Below are positions 8,580 to 20,400 of a stretch of 64,000 nucleotides of DNA, piece after piece. Under the pieces are notes generated by a model. The model was not told the origin of the DNA. It did no database searches and saw only the letters and a list, made by a program, of their open reading frames with translations. The stretch spans positions 1,792,001-1,856,000 of the forward strand of contig OY970320.1 in the NCBI GenBank assembly GCA_963716745.1. The letters run 5' to 3'. Source of the DNA: an uncultured Gemmatimonadaceae bacterium. Lineage in GTDB: Bacteria > Gemmatimonadota > Gemmatimonadetes > Gemmatimonadales > Gemmatimonadaceae. How positions within the stretch are numbered: the stretch's first letter is position 1; every line of letters starts with the position of its first letter. Both the position numbers and the translations under genes were made by a program.

Positions 8580-11027
8580 CTAGAAACGCGCGCTCGTGGA
8601 GAAGTCGAGGATGAATCCGCCGGTCGGCTGCACGGCATGCGCGAGGTCCATCCGGAACAGTCCGTCCATGAACGACAGCCCCACTCCGACGCCGCTCGTC
8701 GGGATGCCGATGTGCCGCCAATCGTTCCGGTCGCCCGCCCATCCGATGTCGAAGAACAGCGTCGGCCGCACCGCCACGAAGCTCGAGCCGAGCTCGGCGT
8801 GTCCGAGCCAGTACGCATCGCCGGCGACGGTTCCCGGCTGTTGGCCGCGAATGGTCCACGCGCCGCCCAGGAACCAGTCGCGCTGCGGCGGCAGGTCGCC
8901 GAACGATGTGCCCGCGCCGGCGCCGAGCTGCCAATCGAGATACTTGCCGAGCCCATGGCCGACGGTCCCGTCCAGCGCGACGCGTCCGTACTGGAAGGTG
9001 CCGAGTCCCCCTTCGGCACGCGCATCGTAGGATTCGCGCCAGCCATGCGGGTCGAGTCCGATCTGGTCGCGCAGCCGCACCTGCGCGCCGAAGGCGTTCG
9101 TCATCGGCGTCTCGACGTTGTAACTGAAGTCGTGGCCGTTGATCCAATTCGGGATCGAGACGTTCGTGGCGACCGGCGCGTTGGTCTGTTGCTCGGCGAA
9201 CACGCGCCACGTGAAGCCGTCGCTGCTCAGCGGTTTGGATGTGAGCTCGCCGCCCCAGGCTTTGTAGTAGAAGCCAAGGTCCTGTCCGAGAATGAACGCG
9301 TTCAACGACGCGCGGAAGGTGAGCGGATCGCCCCAGTCGTTCGCGGAATTGAGGCGGTTATAAAGGCCCACATCGTAGGTACGGTATCCATCGCTTCGGC
9401 TGAAGTGCGCCTCGCCCCAGAGATACGGGCCGCCGGTGGATACGCGCGCTTCGAGCGATCCGGTGTATCCACTGCCGAAATCGCGCGAGACCTGCGCACC
9501 GGCATCGAGCGCGTCCACGCGGTTGTATCGGATGAGCGAGTTCTCAATGCCGTAGTGCCATTCGTACGGCTGCGGGTCCCAGCCGGGCTGCAAACCGATG
9601 GTGAGTTCCTTCACGAGCTGGTCGCGCTCCTTGAGATCGAAGAGCTGTTCGCCGTTGTCGTAGATCGACGGCGGCAGTTCGGCGGAATGGAGGAGCGCGG
9701 TGGTATCGCATGGCACCACGATGCGGATCGGGACGGTGCCATCGTAGCGGAAGCTCTTCGTGATCGTGGTGTCCTTTCCGGAGCAATGGAAGCCCTGGAA
9801 ATCGGGATCGTCGTCGATCCCGTTGCCGCGGCGGCGGACGACCACGCGCCGGCCATCCTTCGTCGTGATCGAGTCCTCATGGCGCTCCACGGCGCGAACG
9901 CTGTCGCGCCGCGCCATGTGCGCCGCGTGGATGCTGTCTTGCCGCGCCTTGTACAACGAGTCGCCGGGCAGATGGCGCAGCGAATCATCGAGCGATGCGA
10001 AGAGCCGCGGGATCGTATCCGTGCCATTCACGCTCGCGTAGGAGAAGCTCTGCTCCATGGAGAACGGCACGCGCATGAAGCCGACGCGCGCGCGGCCCTC
10101 CACCGTCTGCACGCGCGGCATCCACCAGCGCTGCTCGTGCAGGCCGTATTCCACCGTGAAGGCGGCGACGTTCAGTTCCATCGGGAAGATGATGGGCTTC
10201 ACGGCGGCCGGCACGTCGTCGAAGGCGTGCGGATCCTCCTCGAGCACGAACTTCACGATGTCGAAGGGCGCTGCTGGGCGGAACGCGCCTCGCACCAGAT
10301 GGCCGGTGGAGACATCGAACCAGAGCGAGCCGACGATGAACTGCGCGTCGGGCTTGCGCGCCTGCACTTCGACCGCACGCAGCCGGATCGTCTTGCCATC
10401 GGGAAGCCGAAAGGTGATCGAGTCGGCGGTGCGGAACGTGTAGTACGCTTCCGCGCCGCGGTCGAGCGGATGCAGGAAGATCCCCTCGACGGTCTTGTCC
10501 GCCCGCTTCGCCCCCTCGAACGACGGCAATTGTTCCCGCCCGGGGAAATACGGCACCGGGTCCATCTCGAGGAAATCCTCGAGCACGCGCGGACCCGAGA
10601 AGAACATCGGGAACACCGTGCGCGCGCCGAGCAGGTCGATGAGCACGCCACGCCCGCGCTGCCAGCGCACGCGCGACGCCGTCTCGCTGCGGAGCAGGAG
10701 TTTCTCGGGTCCGCCGGCGCTCAAGCTCATGCCGGCCGTGATGCGCTCGCGCGCCGTGGCGTCGTAGGAAGTCAGCGTGGAATCCTGTTCCAATCGCGCC
10801 ACACGCGCGCGCGCGATGAGTTCGCGCGCCTGCGGGTCCTTGTAGGCGGTCGCCATCATCTCCGGCGTGACCACCACATCGTGCATCGCGCGCATCTTGG
10901 CGCGGCGCACGGAGTCGCGCATCGCCTCCATGTGATGCGTGGAGTCGCGGCTCACTCTCTCCGTGTCGGGCGACACGGAGATGATAGGCTGCTGCAATAA
11001 GACGAGCGCGGACAGAAGAGTGATCAT
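8580..11027 (-). CDS. Hypothetical outer-membrane protein with C-terminal Omp85/BamA-like barrel
   Basis: N-terminal hydrophobic leader, amphipathic beta-strands in the C-terminal third, FLGGAWTIRG (VRGF-like), FFDIGWAG and terminal Phe. Confidence 0.65.
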   Translation of the reverse strand: MITLLSALVLLQQPIISVSPDTERVSRDSTHHMEAMRDSVRRAKMRAMHDVVVTPEMMATAYKDPQARELIARARVARLEQDSTLTSYDATARERITAGMSLSAGGPEKLLLRSETASRVRWQRGRGVLIDLLGARTVFPMFFSGPRVLEDFLEMDPVPYFPGREQLPSFEGAKRADKTVEGIFLHPLDRGAEAYYTFRTADSITFRLPDGKTIRLRAVEVQARKPDAQFIVGSLWFDVSTGHLVRGAFRPAAPFDIVKFVLEEDPHAFDDVPAAVKPIIFPMELNVAAFTVEYGLHEQRWWMPRVQTVEGRARVGFMRVPFSMEQSFSYASVNGTDTIPRLFASLDDSLRHLPGDSLYKARQDSIHAAHMARRDSVRAVERHEDSITTKDGRRVVVRRRGNGIDDDPDFQGFHCSGKDTTITKSFRYDGTVPIRIVVPCDTTALLHSAELPPSIYDNGEQLFDLKERDQLVKELTIGLQPGWDPQPYEWHYGIENSLIRYNRVDALDAGAQVSRDFGSGYTGSLEARVSTGGPYLWGEAHFSRSDGYRTYDVGLYNRLNSANDWGDPLTFRASLNAFILGQDLGFYYKAWGGELTSKPLSSDGFTWRVFAEQQTNAPVATNVSIPNWINGHDFSYNVETPMTNAFGAQVRLRDQIGLDPHGWRESYDARAEGGLGTFQYGRVALDGTVGHGLGKYLDWQLGAGAGTSFGDLPPQRDWFLGGAWTIRGQQPGTVAGDAYWLGHAELGSSFVAVRPTLFFDIGWAGDRNDWRHIGIPTSGVGVGLSFMDGLFRMDLAHAVQPTGGFILDFSTSARF

Positions 11028-11166
11028 GTCGCTCTGAAGTGTGTGCGGGACCCTACGCCGCGCGTAGAGAGCGGGTTTCGCCCGCGGGGGATTGCGCGCG
11101 CTGCGGCGCGCGCCTCATTTATCGTCTCGCTCGCGCGCACGCATTCCCCACACCCGGCCTCTCATC

Positions 11167-12576
11167 ATGCGCTCTGCCCTCTCCGTTCTCGCTCTCACCG
11201 TGTTCGCCGCGTCCGCCGCGGCGCAGGCCGCGCCGCCGCGCCCCGTCGATTGGGATGCGACCTCCAAGGAAGCGGTGAACACGCTCGCCAACTATCTGCA
11301 GCTGAACACGACGAACCCGCCCGGCAACGAGATGCGCACGATCAATTTCCTCAAGGACATCCTCCAAGCGGAAGGCTTCACGGTGCAGGTGCTCGATACC
11401 GCGGCGTCGGAGCTCGGGCCCACGCGCGGCAATATCTACGCGCGGCTCAAGGGGAACGGCTCGAAGAAGGCCATCGCGTTGGTCGGCCACATGGATGTCG
11501 TACCCGCCGTGGCGAGCTATTGGACGGTGGACCCCTTCTCCGGCGCGATCAAGGATGGCTACATCTGGGGCCGCGGCGCGCTCGACATGAAGGGCCAGAC
11601 GATCGCGCAGCTCTACGCGATGCTGGCGCTCAAGCGCAGCGGCGCGCTCCTCAACCGCGACATCGTCTTCATCGGCAACAGCGACGAAGAACTCGGCGGT
11701 CTCGGCGCGCTGACCTTCGTGAAGAACCATCGCGACCTGCTCAGAGACGTCGAGTATCTCATCACCGAAGGCGGCGGCAATCCGCTCAAGGACGGCGTGC
11801 TCGAATACTACGGCGTGAGCGTCTCCGAGAAGCGCCCCTTCTGGCAGAAGCTCACGGTGCACGGTGTCGCGAGTCACGGCTCGCGGCCCACGAAGCAGAA
11901 CCCGGTGCCGAAGCTCGTGGCCGCGCTCGACAAGATCGCGAATTATGAGACGCCGCTCCGCGTGACGCCCGGCGTGCAGAAGTTCATGCAGGACCTCTCG
12001 GTGCAGTTCACCGGACAGCAGCGCGCGTGGCTGGCCGATGCGGCGGCCGCGGTGAAGACGCCCGGCGGCCGCGAGTTCCTCACGAGCAACAGCGCGTGGA
12101 ACGCGATCATCCGGAACACGATCTCGCTCACCGTGCTCACCGGTTCGAACAAGACGAACGTCATCCCGCCTGAAGCGTCGGCTGAGCTCGACATCCGCCT
12201 GCTGCCCGACCAGGACCCGGCGCAGTTCCTCGCCGAGCTCAAGAACATCGTGAACGACACCGCGGTGCACTTCGAGCAAATGCTGCAGCTCAAGCCGCCG
12301 CTCGAGAGCCCGATCGCCACGGATCTCTACAAGGCGATCGAGCGCGCGGCGCACGATCGCGACCCGAAGGCGCTCGTGACCACCACGATGCTCGCGGGCG
12401 CCACCGACCGGCCCGCGTATCGTGAGGCCGGCATCATCACATATGGATTCAGCCCGTTCAAAGTGGAGATCGCCGATGCGCAGAAAGGCGTGCATGGCAA
12501 CGACGAGCGCCTCTCGGTGGCCAACGTCGGATTCGGCGTGAAGTTCCTGTACGACATCATCCTCTACACACAATGA
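11167..12576 (+). CDS. Exported M20/M25/M40-family metallopeptidase
   Basis: Signal peptide, NPPGNE, GHMDVVP, WGRGALDMKG, DEELGG, HGS, GATD, HGNDERLS. Confidence 0.92.
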   Translation: MRSALSVLALTVFAASAAAQAAPPRPVDWDATSKEAVNTLANYLQLNTTNPPGNEMRTINFLKDILQAEGFTVQVLDTAASELGPTRGNIYARLKGNGSKKAIALVGHMDVVPAVASYWTVDPFSGAIKDGYIWGRGALDMKGQTIAQLYAMLALKRSGALLNRDIVFIGNSDEELGGLGALTFVKNHRDLLRDVEYLITEGGGNPLKDGVLEYYGVSVSEKRPFWQKLTVHGVASHGSRPTKQNPVPKLVAALDKIANYETPLRVTPGVQKFMQDLSVQFTGQQRAWLADAAAAVKTPGGREFLTSNSAWNAIIRNTISLTVLTGSNKTNVIPPEASAELDIRLLPDQDPAQFLAELKNIVNDTAVHFEQMLQLKPPLESPIATDLYKAIERAAHDRDPKALVTTTMLAGATDRPAYREAGIITYGFSPFKVEIADAQKGVHGNDERLSVANVGFGVKFLYDIILYTQ

Positions 12577-13493
12577 GCGCGCTCGCCCTGCGCGCGCTCA
12601 AGAAGAGCTTCGGCGATGTCGTCGCGGTGGACGGCATCGACCTCGAGGTACGCGCGGGCGAATGCTTCGGACTGCTCGGCCCCAACGGCGCGGGGAAGAC
12701 CACCACGATCGAGATCTGCGAGGGGCTCACCGCGCCCGACAGCGGCGATGTGGAACTGCTCGGCCGGCGGTGGAGCGGCGACGAACAGGAACTGCGCGAG
12801 CGGCTCGGCATCCAGCTGCAGGACACGCAGCTCTCCGAGAAGATCACCGTGCGCGAGACGCTCGACCTGTTCCGCAGCTTCTACCGCCAGGCGCGCGATG
12901 TGGATGACGTCATCGCCATGGTGCAGCTCGAGGAGAAGCGCGACGCGCGCGTCGGCACGCTGTCCGGCGGGCAGAAGCAGCGCCTCGCGCTCGCGTGCGC
13001 GCTCGTGGGCGACCCGGAACTGCTCTTCCTCGACGAGCCCACCACCGGCCTCGATCCGCAGGCGCGGCGCCAGCTCTGGGAATTGATCGACCGTTTCCGC
13101 GCCGATGGCCGCACGACGCTCCTCACCACGCACTACATGGACGAGGCCGAGCGCCTGTGCGACCGCGTCGCGATCATGGACCACGGCAAGGTCATCGCGC
13201 TCGGCACGCCGAGCGCGCTGATCGCGGAGATCATCGCCGAACACTTGGTGGAGTTCTCACTCGGGAGCGGCGCGGTGGACGAGGCGTCGCTGCGTGCGCT
13301 GCCCGGCGTGAGTGCGGTGCGCGAGTCGGGCGGCGGTTGGCAACTGGAGGTCGCGGAGTTGCACCGCGCGGTGCCGGCGCTGCTCGCCGAGCTCGCCCGG
13401 CAGCACTTGGCGCTCACCGAACTGCGCACGCACTCGGCGACGCTCGAGGACGTGTTCGTGAAGCTCACCGGGAGGCATCTCCGCGATGAATGA
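12573..13493 (+). CDS. ABC transporter ATP-binding protein (ABC-2 exporter type)
   Basis: Walker A GPNGAGKTT, signature LSGGQKQR, Walker B LLFLDEPTTGLDP, H-loop TTHYMDEAE. Confidence 0.95.
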   Translation: MSALALRALKKSFGDVVAVDGIDLEVRAGECFGLLGPNGAGKTTTIEICEGLTAPDSGDVELLGRRWSGDEQELRERLGIQLQDTQLSEKITVRETLDLFRSFYRQARDVDDVIAMVQLEEKRDARVGTLSGGQKQRLALACALVGDPELLFLDEPTTGLDPQARRQLWELIDRFRADGRTTLLTTHYMDEAERLCDRVAIMDHGKVIALGTPSALIAEIIAEHLVEFSLGSGAVDEASLRALPGVSAVRESGGGWQLEVAELHRAVPALLAELARQHLALTELRTHSATLEDVFVKLTGRHLRDE

Positions 13494-14559
13494 CGCGCGT
13501 CCACCGCGCGCGCGGCGATGGTTCGAGCGGCCGCTCGCGCAGCTGACGCTCATTCGCTACCGCGAATTCCTGCGCGAGCCGGAGGCGGTGTTCTGGGTGT
13601 TCGTCTTCCCGGTGCTGCTCGCGACCGGACTGGGCATCGCGTTCCGGAACACTCCGCAGGAGGCGGTGAAGGTCGGGGTCGTCGCGAGCGCCCCGGGCGC
13701 TGCCGCGGTCATGGCGGCGCTCAGGACCGAGAAGGCGCTCGCACCCGTGCTGCTCGACGACAGCGCCGCCACGCGCGATCTCAGTACCGGCGCCGTCGCG
13801 CTGCTCATCACGCCGTCGAGCGCGACGGAGGCGGCGTACCGCTACGACGACACGCGCCCCGAATCGCGCACCGCGCGGCTGCTCGTGGACAACGCCCTGC
13901 AGCGCGCCGCCGGACGCACCGAGCCCGTAGCGATCCGCGATGAGACCGTGCATGAAGTCGGCTCGCGATACATCGACTTCGTGATCCCCGGCCTACTCGG
14001 GATGAACCTCATGGGCAGCGGCGTGTGGGGCGTTGCTTTCGCGATCGTGGACGCGCGCAAGAAGAAGCTGCTCAAGCGGCTCATCGCCACGCCAATGTCC
14101 CGCTGGCAGTATCTCGCGAGCTTCCTCCTCTCGCGGCTCACGTTCCTCGTGCTCGAGGTCGTGTCGCTGCTTGGGTTCGCCCGCCTGGTGTTCGGCGTGC
14201 CGATCCGCGGGTCTTATGTGCAGCTCATCTCGATCTGCCTGTTGTCCGCGTTCGCGTTCAGTTCGCTCGGCCTGCTGGTCGCCTCGCGCGTGCGCACGAT
14301 CGAGGGCGTGTCGGGCCTCTCGAATCTCATCATGCTGCCAATGTGGGTGTTCTCCGGCATCTTCTTCTCCTGGACGCGCTACCCGGTGGCGATGCAGCCG
14401 TTCATTCGCGCATTGCCGCTCACCGCCGCGAACGACGCCCTGCGCGCGACCATGCTGCAGGGCGTCGGCTGGAATTCCGCTCTGCCACAGTTCGCGATAC
14501 TTGGTGCGTGGCTCGTTGTCTGCTTCGTGACCGCACTCAAGCTGTTCCGGTGGAAGTAG
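13486..14559 (+). CDS. ABC-2 type permease
   Basis: REFLREPEAVFWVFVFP, YIDFVIPGLLGM, LKRLIATP, multiple TM helices; overlaps the ATPase gene. Confidence 0.92.
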   Translation: MNDARPPRARRWFERPLAQLTLIRYREFLREPEAVFWVFVFPVLLATGLGIAFRNTPQEAVKVGVVASAPGAAAVMAALRTEKALAPVLLDDSAATRDLSTGAVALLITPSSATEAAYRYDDTRPESRTARLLVDNALQRAAGRTEPVAIRDETVHEVGSRYIDFVIPGLLGMNLMGSGVWGVAFAIVDARKKKLLKRLIATPMSRWQYLASFLLSRLTFLVLEVVSLLGFARLVFGVPIRGSYVQLISICLLSAFAFSSLGLLVASRVRTIEGVSGLSNLIMLPMWVFSGIFFSWTRYPVAMQPFIRALPLTAANDALRATMLQGVGWNSALPQFAILGAWLVVCFVTALKLFRWK

Positions 14560-14581
14560 TTTCTTGAGCAACGGCAACGGC

Positions 14582-14800
14582 AACGGCGAACGACGCTAAG
14601 CGGATTGGGCGGAATGGAGCGGATTAACCGGATCCGTTCCAGCAGGAGAGATCCATGATCCCCTGGGTTGCGGCAGAGACGTGAACTGTTGTTAACAACA
14701 GGAACACGCCGTGGCCGGGTCGCAGGGGATTTCCTTGCGCATGGAACGGATCCGATTCATCCGCTCCATCCGGCCGATCCGCTTAGCGTCGTTCGCCGTT
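14582..14800. repeat. About 220-nt palindromic intergenic element with ~60-bp inverted arms
   Basis: 14582-14641 versus the reverse complement of 14742-14800: 4 mismatches and 1 gap. Central perfect palindrome CTGTTGTTAACAACAG at 14686-14701. Preceded by (CAACGG)3. Confidence 0.85.
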
Positions 14801-16425
14801 ATGGAGTTGCCGGTTCCTTGCCCGCAGCTGCCGTCGGCATCACGGACCGTAGGGTACGAAACACCGAGTTGTTCGAGGTATGTCTTGTACTTCTTCGGAT
14901 CGTAGTAGAACGCCTTCATCGCCGGCCGGTACTTCGCCATGATGCCGGCGTTGAGTTCGATCGCCGGCCGGTCCTCAGGGCGCATCAGGGGCTGATACTT
15001 CACATCCTTCGTCTGCACGTTCTTGAAGTAGCTCCACGCCGAGTCCACCAGCGCCGGCGTGAGCAGGATGTCGAGCATCGTCATCGCTTGCGCCTTCGCG
15101 CCAGCCGTCGATCCCTTATGCGCGATCGGCGTCGCCATCGCGATCGCATCCGCCCAATGATGCCCAGGCAGGTTCGGGATGTTCGCCGGATAGCGGAGCG
15201 TGATCGTCGGCACGTTCCACGATACGTCACCAATGTCATCGGATCCGCCGCCCATGTTGAGCGAATCCGGCGTCGGCGGCGTGAGCTTCGACACGGCGGT
15301 GTCGAGCCCTGTCTCCTTCTGCTTCAGTTCCTTCTGCACCGCTCTCGCGAGTTTCTGGTCGGCGTCGCTCCACTTCGGCATGCCCACCAACTTGATGTTC
15401 TCCGTCATCGCCTCGGCGATCGGGCGGTTCTCGTGCACGGGCCACGCCGAGCCGAGCACGCGCTCGCTCGTGAGCGTCGTGCCGGTCATGAGCGTCGCGC
15501 CGAGCGCCACGGAATCGCCGATGGCCCAGAGTCCTTTGATCTTCTCGTAGTCGAGCTCGCGGAAGTAATACCAGACGCTCGCTGTCGGCGGCACGACGTT
15601 CGGCTGGTCGCCGCCATTCGGGATCACGTAGTGCGAACGCGTCTGCAGCCGCAGATGTTCGCGGCGGAAATTCCAACCCACATCCATCAGTTCCACCGCG
15701 TCGAGGGCGCTGCGTCCGCGCCATGGCGCGCCGGCCGCGTGCGCTGCCTGGCCGCCGAACGTGTAGAGCACCGAGACGAGACCGCTGCCCTCTCCTTCGC
15801 CCCAGTTCGTGCCGAATGCGGCGTCCACATGCGAGAAGAGCACGACGTCCACGTCCTTGAACATCCCCGCGCGCACGAAATACGCCTTCGTGCCCAGCTG
15901 CTCCTCCGCGACGCCCGGCCACACCTTGATCGTGCCCGAGAGATGATCGCGCTCCATGATCTTCTTCACCGCGAGGATCGCGGTGAGATTCACCGCCTGC
16001 CCCGCGTTGTGCCCTTCGCCGTGCCCTGGCGCGCCGGGGATCAGCGCGACGTGGCACGCGACGCCGGGGCGCTGCGACGCCTGCGGGATGTCATCCAGGT
16101 CGGCGCCGAGCGCGATGACCGGTTTGCCCGATCCCCACGTCGCGAGCCAGGCCGTCGGGATCCCGGCGTAATTCTCCTCCACGGTGAATCCGTTCTGCCG
16201 CAGCATCGCGACGATGTATTTCGAAGTCTCGAACTCCTGGAATCCGAGTTCACCGAAGCTGAAGATCTGGTCCACCATCTGCTGGGTGAACACGGCGCGA
16301 CTGTCAATGTCGGCTGCGACCTCGCGTTTGAGCTGCGCGAGATTCTTGGCGGCGGGCGGCGCCTGCTGCGCACCGGCCGTGAGCGTGAGCGACAGTACGG
16401 CGAGAGCGGCGATGCGAATGCGCAT
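14799..16425 (-). CDS. Exported M20D amidohydrolase (AbgB-like); C-terminus probably frameshifted near 14822
   Basis: Signal peptide, FGELGFQEFETS, GHGEGHN, GVAEEQ, AHAAGAPWRGRSALDAVELM, GGSDDIGDVSW. As given the frame runs to 14692; removing one G gives ...GSCGKEPATP* ending at 14799. Confidence 0.88.
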
Positions 16426-16552
16426 GACGATCCTCGAAAAGGAGGGAACGTTCGACGGCCAAGATTGGCCGCGCGGCGCTCGCGCGGCAAGACGCGCGCT
16501 TTGACTCGCGCTGCGTCCTTGGCGAAGTTTCCTCCATGACACTGATCCGCGC

Positions 16553-17497
16553 GTGAGCGCCGCGCACCAGGAATCGCCCGCCGTCCCGCCGTCGCGCGCA
16601 CTCGTCATCGCCGCTTTCGCCGCGGTGTACGTCATCTGGGGCTCCACCTATCTCGCGATCCGCATCACGCTCGAGACAATGCCGCCCTTCCTCATGGCCG
16701 GCACCCGCTTTCTCACGTCGGGCGCGATCCTCTACCTGTTTGCGCGCGGCCGCGGCGCGGCGCGCCCGTCGCCGCTCCATTGGCGCGCCGCGACGATCAT
16801 CGGGTTCCTGCTGCTCGTGTGCGGCAACGGCGCGGTGGTCTGGTCGGAGCAGCGCGTGCCCAGCGGCATCACGTCGCTGCTCGTCACCACCGTGCCGCTC
16901 TGGATGGTGCTGCTCGACTGGCTGCGCCGTGATGGCAAACGCCCGTCGGCCGGCGTGGCGGCGGGGATCGTGCTCGGCCTCGCGGGCGTTGCATTCCTCG
17001 TGGGGCCGGGCGAGATCGCGGGCGGCGGCGGCGTGGACCTCATCGGCGCCGCGGTGCTGTTCTTCTTCGGTTCCGTCGCTTGGGCCATCGGTTCGATCTA
17101 TTCGAAGCACGCGCCGCTGCCATCGTCGCCTTTCCTGGCGATCGGCATGGAAATGCTCGCCGGCGGCGCGCTGCTCACGTTGCTGGGCATTTTCCTGGGC
17201 GAGCCCGCGCGCGTTCACGTTGGCGCGATCTCGGCGGCGTCGTTCGCGGCCTGGGTTTATCTCACGCTGTTCGGCGCGCTCATCGGATTCACCGCATATC
17301 TCTGGCTGATGCGCGTGTCCACGCCGGCCAAGGTGTCGACCTACGCCTTCGTGAATCCCGTTGTCGCCGTGTTCCTCGGATGGGCCGTGCTGGGCGAAGC
17401 GGTGACCCCGCGCACGATCATCGCCGCGGTGATGATCGTGAGTGCGGTGGCGCTGATCACCCTCGCGTCTCCGGCACGGGCTCCGTCGACGCAGTAG
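16553..17497 (+). CDS. EamA/DMT-family transporter (YedA-like)
   Basis: AFAAVYVIWGSTYLAIR, PPFLMAGTRF, VSTYAFVNPVVAVFLGW; about 10 TM helices. Confidence 0.92.
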   Translation: MSAAHQESPAVPPSRALVIAAFAAVYVIWGSTYLAIRITLETMPPFLMAGTRFLTSGAILYLFARGRGAARPSPLHWRAATIIGFLLLVCGNGAVVWSEQRVPSGITSLLVTTVPLWMVLLDWLRRDGKRPSAGVAAGIVLGLAGVAFLVGPGEIAGGGGVDLIGAAVLFFFGSVAWAIGSIYSKHAPLPSSPFLAIGMEMLAGGALLTLLGIFLGEPARVHVGAISAASFAAWVYLTLFGALIGFTAYLWLMRVSTPAKVSTYAFVNPVVAVFLGWAVLGEAVTPRTIIAAVMIVSAVALITLASPARAPSTQ

Positions 17498-20400
17498 CCG
17501 ATGGCCGTTTGTTCATGAGCGCGAGCAACCCCTCCTTCCACTCGTTCAGGATCTCGTAGACCGTCGGGATCACGATCAGTGTGAGCAGCGTGCTCGTGAT
17601 CACGCCGCCGATCACGGCGCGCCCCAGCGGCGCGCGGAAATCGGCGCCCTCTCCCGCGCCGATCGCAACCGGGATCATGCCGGCGATCAGCGCGACCGTG
17701 GTCATGATGATCGGCCGCAACCGGATCCGGCCGGCCTCGATGAGCGCGTCGCGCAGCGGCAGCCCGCCCTCGCGCGCCCATTTGGCGAAGTCGATCAGCA
17801 GGATCGCGTTCTTCGCCACGATGCCCATGAGGAGGATCACGCCGATGAGGCTCATGATGTTCAGCGTGCTGCCCGTCACGATCAGCGCGAGCACGACGCC
17901 GATGAGCGAGAGCGGCAGCGAGATGAGGATCGCGAGCGGATCGAGGAACGATCCGAACTGCATCACGAGGATCAGATACATGAGCAGCACGGCGATCCCG
18001 AGCGCGGTGAAGATGCGCGTGAACACCTCCGCCTGGTCGCGCGCTTCGCCGCCCTGCGTGATCCGGTAGCCGGTGGGAAGCGGCATCTTCGCGAGCTTTG
18101 CGTTGATGGCGCTCGTGACCTCGTTGAGCGAACGCCCCTGTACATTGGCCTGCACGTTCACCACCGGGTCGCGATTGAGGTGGTTGATCTGCGCCGGACC
18201 GGTGCTCCTTTGCACGTCCGCGATCTGGCCGAGCGGCACCGTCACGACGCGGCCGTCCGATCCCTGCAGCGTGAGCGGAAGGCGCTCGAGGTCGGCGGTA
18301 TTGGCGCGCGACTCGGGCGCGAGCCGCACGGTCACATCGCGCAGTTCTCCGTCGGGGTCGGTCCAGTCGCCCGCCTTCACGCCGGCGAACGCCGGGCGCA
18401 GTGAGGCCACCACCTGCGATGTGGTGATTCCGAGCGAACCGGCGAGGCCGCGATTCAGTTGCACATCGAGCTCCGGCTTCTCGCCGCGCACCGAGAGGTC
18501 CACGTCCACCGCGCCGGGCACGGTGCGCACGACATCGGCCGCCTTCTGCGCGAGCCGCGTGAGGACCACCGGATCGGGGCCGCGCATCTCGATCTGGATC
18601 TGCTTGAGTGCGCCGCCGAATCCGCTGGTGAACACCGACGTGGCCGCGCCGCCGACCCGGGCAAGGTCGGTGCGCAGGCGCTGGCCGATCGCGTCCTGCT
18701 TCTGGCTGCGCTTCGCCTTGGGCATGAGCCGCACGTAGATGAGCGCCTGGTCTACGCCGGGTGCGCGGAACGGGATGGCGCCGCCGATCGACGTGTACGT
18801 GTACTCGACCTCGGGATACGAGCGCGCGATGCGCGCGACCTCCTCGGTCTTCACCCGCGTGTAGTCAAGATTCGATCCGGGAGGCGTGAGCACCATCACG
18901 TTGATCTCGCTGCGGTCGCTCTCCGGCACGAACCCGGCGCCGCCGAACGTCGCCTGGAGCACGATCGCGCCGACGAACGACGCCACCGCGATCACGACCA
19001 TCGCGAGCCGGTGGTCGAGCGCCCAAGCCATCACGCCCTTGTAGTTGTCGGCCTGCCGGTCGAACCACACGTTGAACCGGTCGAGCGCGCGCGCGATCGC
19101 GTTGCGCCGCTCGTGCGCCTCGATCTGCGGATCGGGCCAGTACGCCGAGAGCATCGGATCGAGCGAGAACGACACGAACAGCGACACGAGCACGGCGCAG
19201 GCGATCGTGAGCGCGAACGGCTTGAACCACTGGCCGGCCACGCCGTACATGAAGGCGACCGGCACGAACACCGCGACGATCGAGAACGTCGTCGCGGCGA
19301 CCGCGAGTCCGATCTCGTCGGTGCCCTCGTGCGACGCCTTGAAGTGATCCTTCCCCATTTCGATGTGCCGCACGATGTTCTCGCGCACCACGATCGCGTC
19401 GTCGATCAGGATGCCGATCGCGAGCGACAGTCCGAGCAGCGACATCGTGTTGAGCGTGAAGCCGAACGCCCACACCGCGATGAAGCTCGCGAGCGCGCTC
19501 ACCGGGAGCGCGAGACCGGTGATCACGGTGGAGCGCCACGAGTTCAGGAACAGGAACACCACGAGCACGGTGAGCAGCGCGCCCTCGATGAGCGCCTCTT
19601 CCACGTTGCGCACCGCGGCGGCGACGCGCTGGCCCGCGTCCTGCACGATCGCGAAGTGCACGCCGGCGGGCAGCGTCTTCTGGATCTCATCCACCTTTTC
19701 GCGAATGAGTTTGCTCACCTGCGTGGTGCTGAAACCCTTGGACTTCACGATCTCGATCCCCACCGCCTCGCTGCCGTTGAACAGCGCGGAGGTGCGCGCT
19801 TCCTCGGTGCCGTCGTACACGTTCGCTACCTGGCGCAGCCGGATGATCTGTCCGTTGCGGTCGGCGACGACGATGTTGCCGAACTCTTCGGCGTTCGCGA
19901 GACGGCCGCTGAGCCGGATCAGGCGCTCGTTCAGCGGGCCGTTGATCCAGCCGACGGGCGCCGCGATGTTCTGCTGTTGCACGCGCGCGAGCACCGTCGC
20001 GACGCTCAGGCCGGCGGCCTGCAGGTCCGCCGGCCGCACCTCGACCACCATGTTGCGCTTCACGCCGCCCACCACGCTGACGCGCGCCACGCCGGGGATC
20101 GAGCGGATCACGCCGGTGATCGCGGGATCGGCGATCCGCGTGAGCACCTCCGGCGCCGTCGTGGGCGACGTGAGCGTGAGCGTCATCGCCGGCTGCTCCG
20201 ACGGATCGAAGCGCGTGAGCACCGGCTCCTTCATCTCGGGCGGCAGGTCGGCGCGCTTCACCGAGATCGCGTCGCGGATGTCCTGCGACGCCTGCTGGAT
20301 CGGCTTCTCGAAATCGAAGAAGATCGTGCACTGCGCGAGGCCGTCGATCGCGAAGCACGTGGACTTCTCCGCATCGAGCCCGCTGATGCCGAACACCGCC

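Noticed and set aside
14692..14800. Amidohydrolase C-terminal extension through the palindrome, ending in CSCC
   Set aside because: Removing one G near 14822 gives a stop at 14799 right at the element edge, matching the +1 error pattern seen elsewhere.
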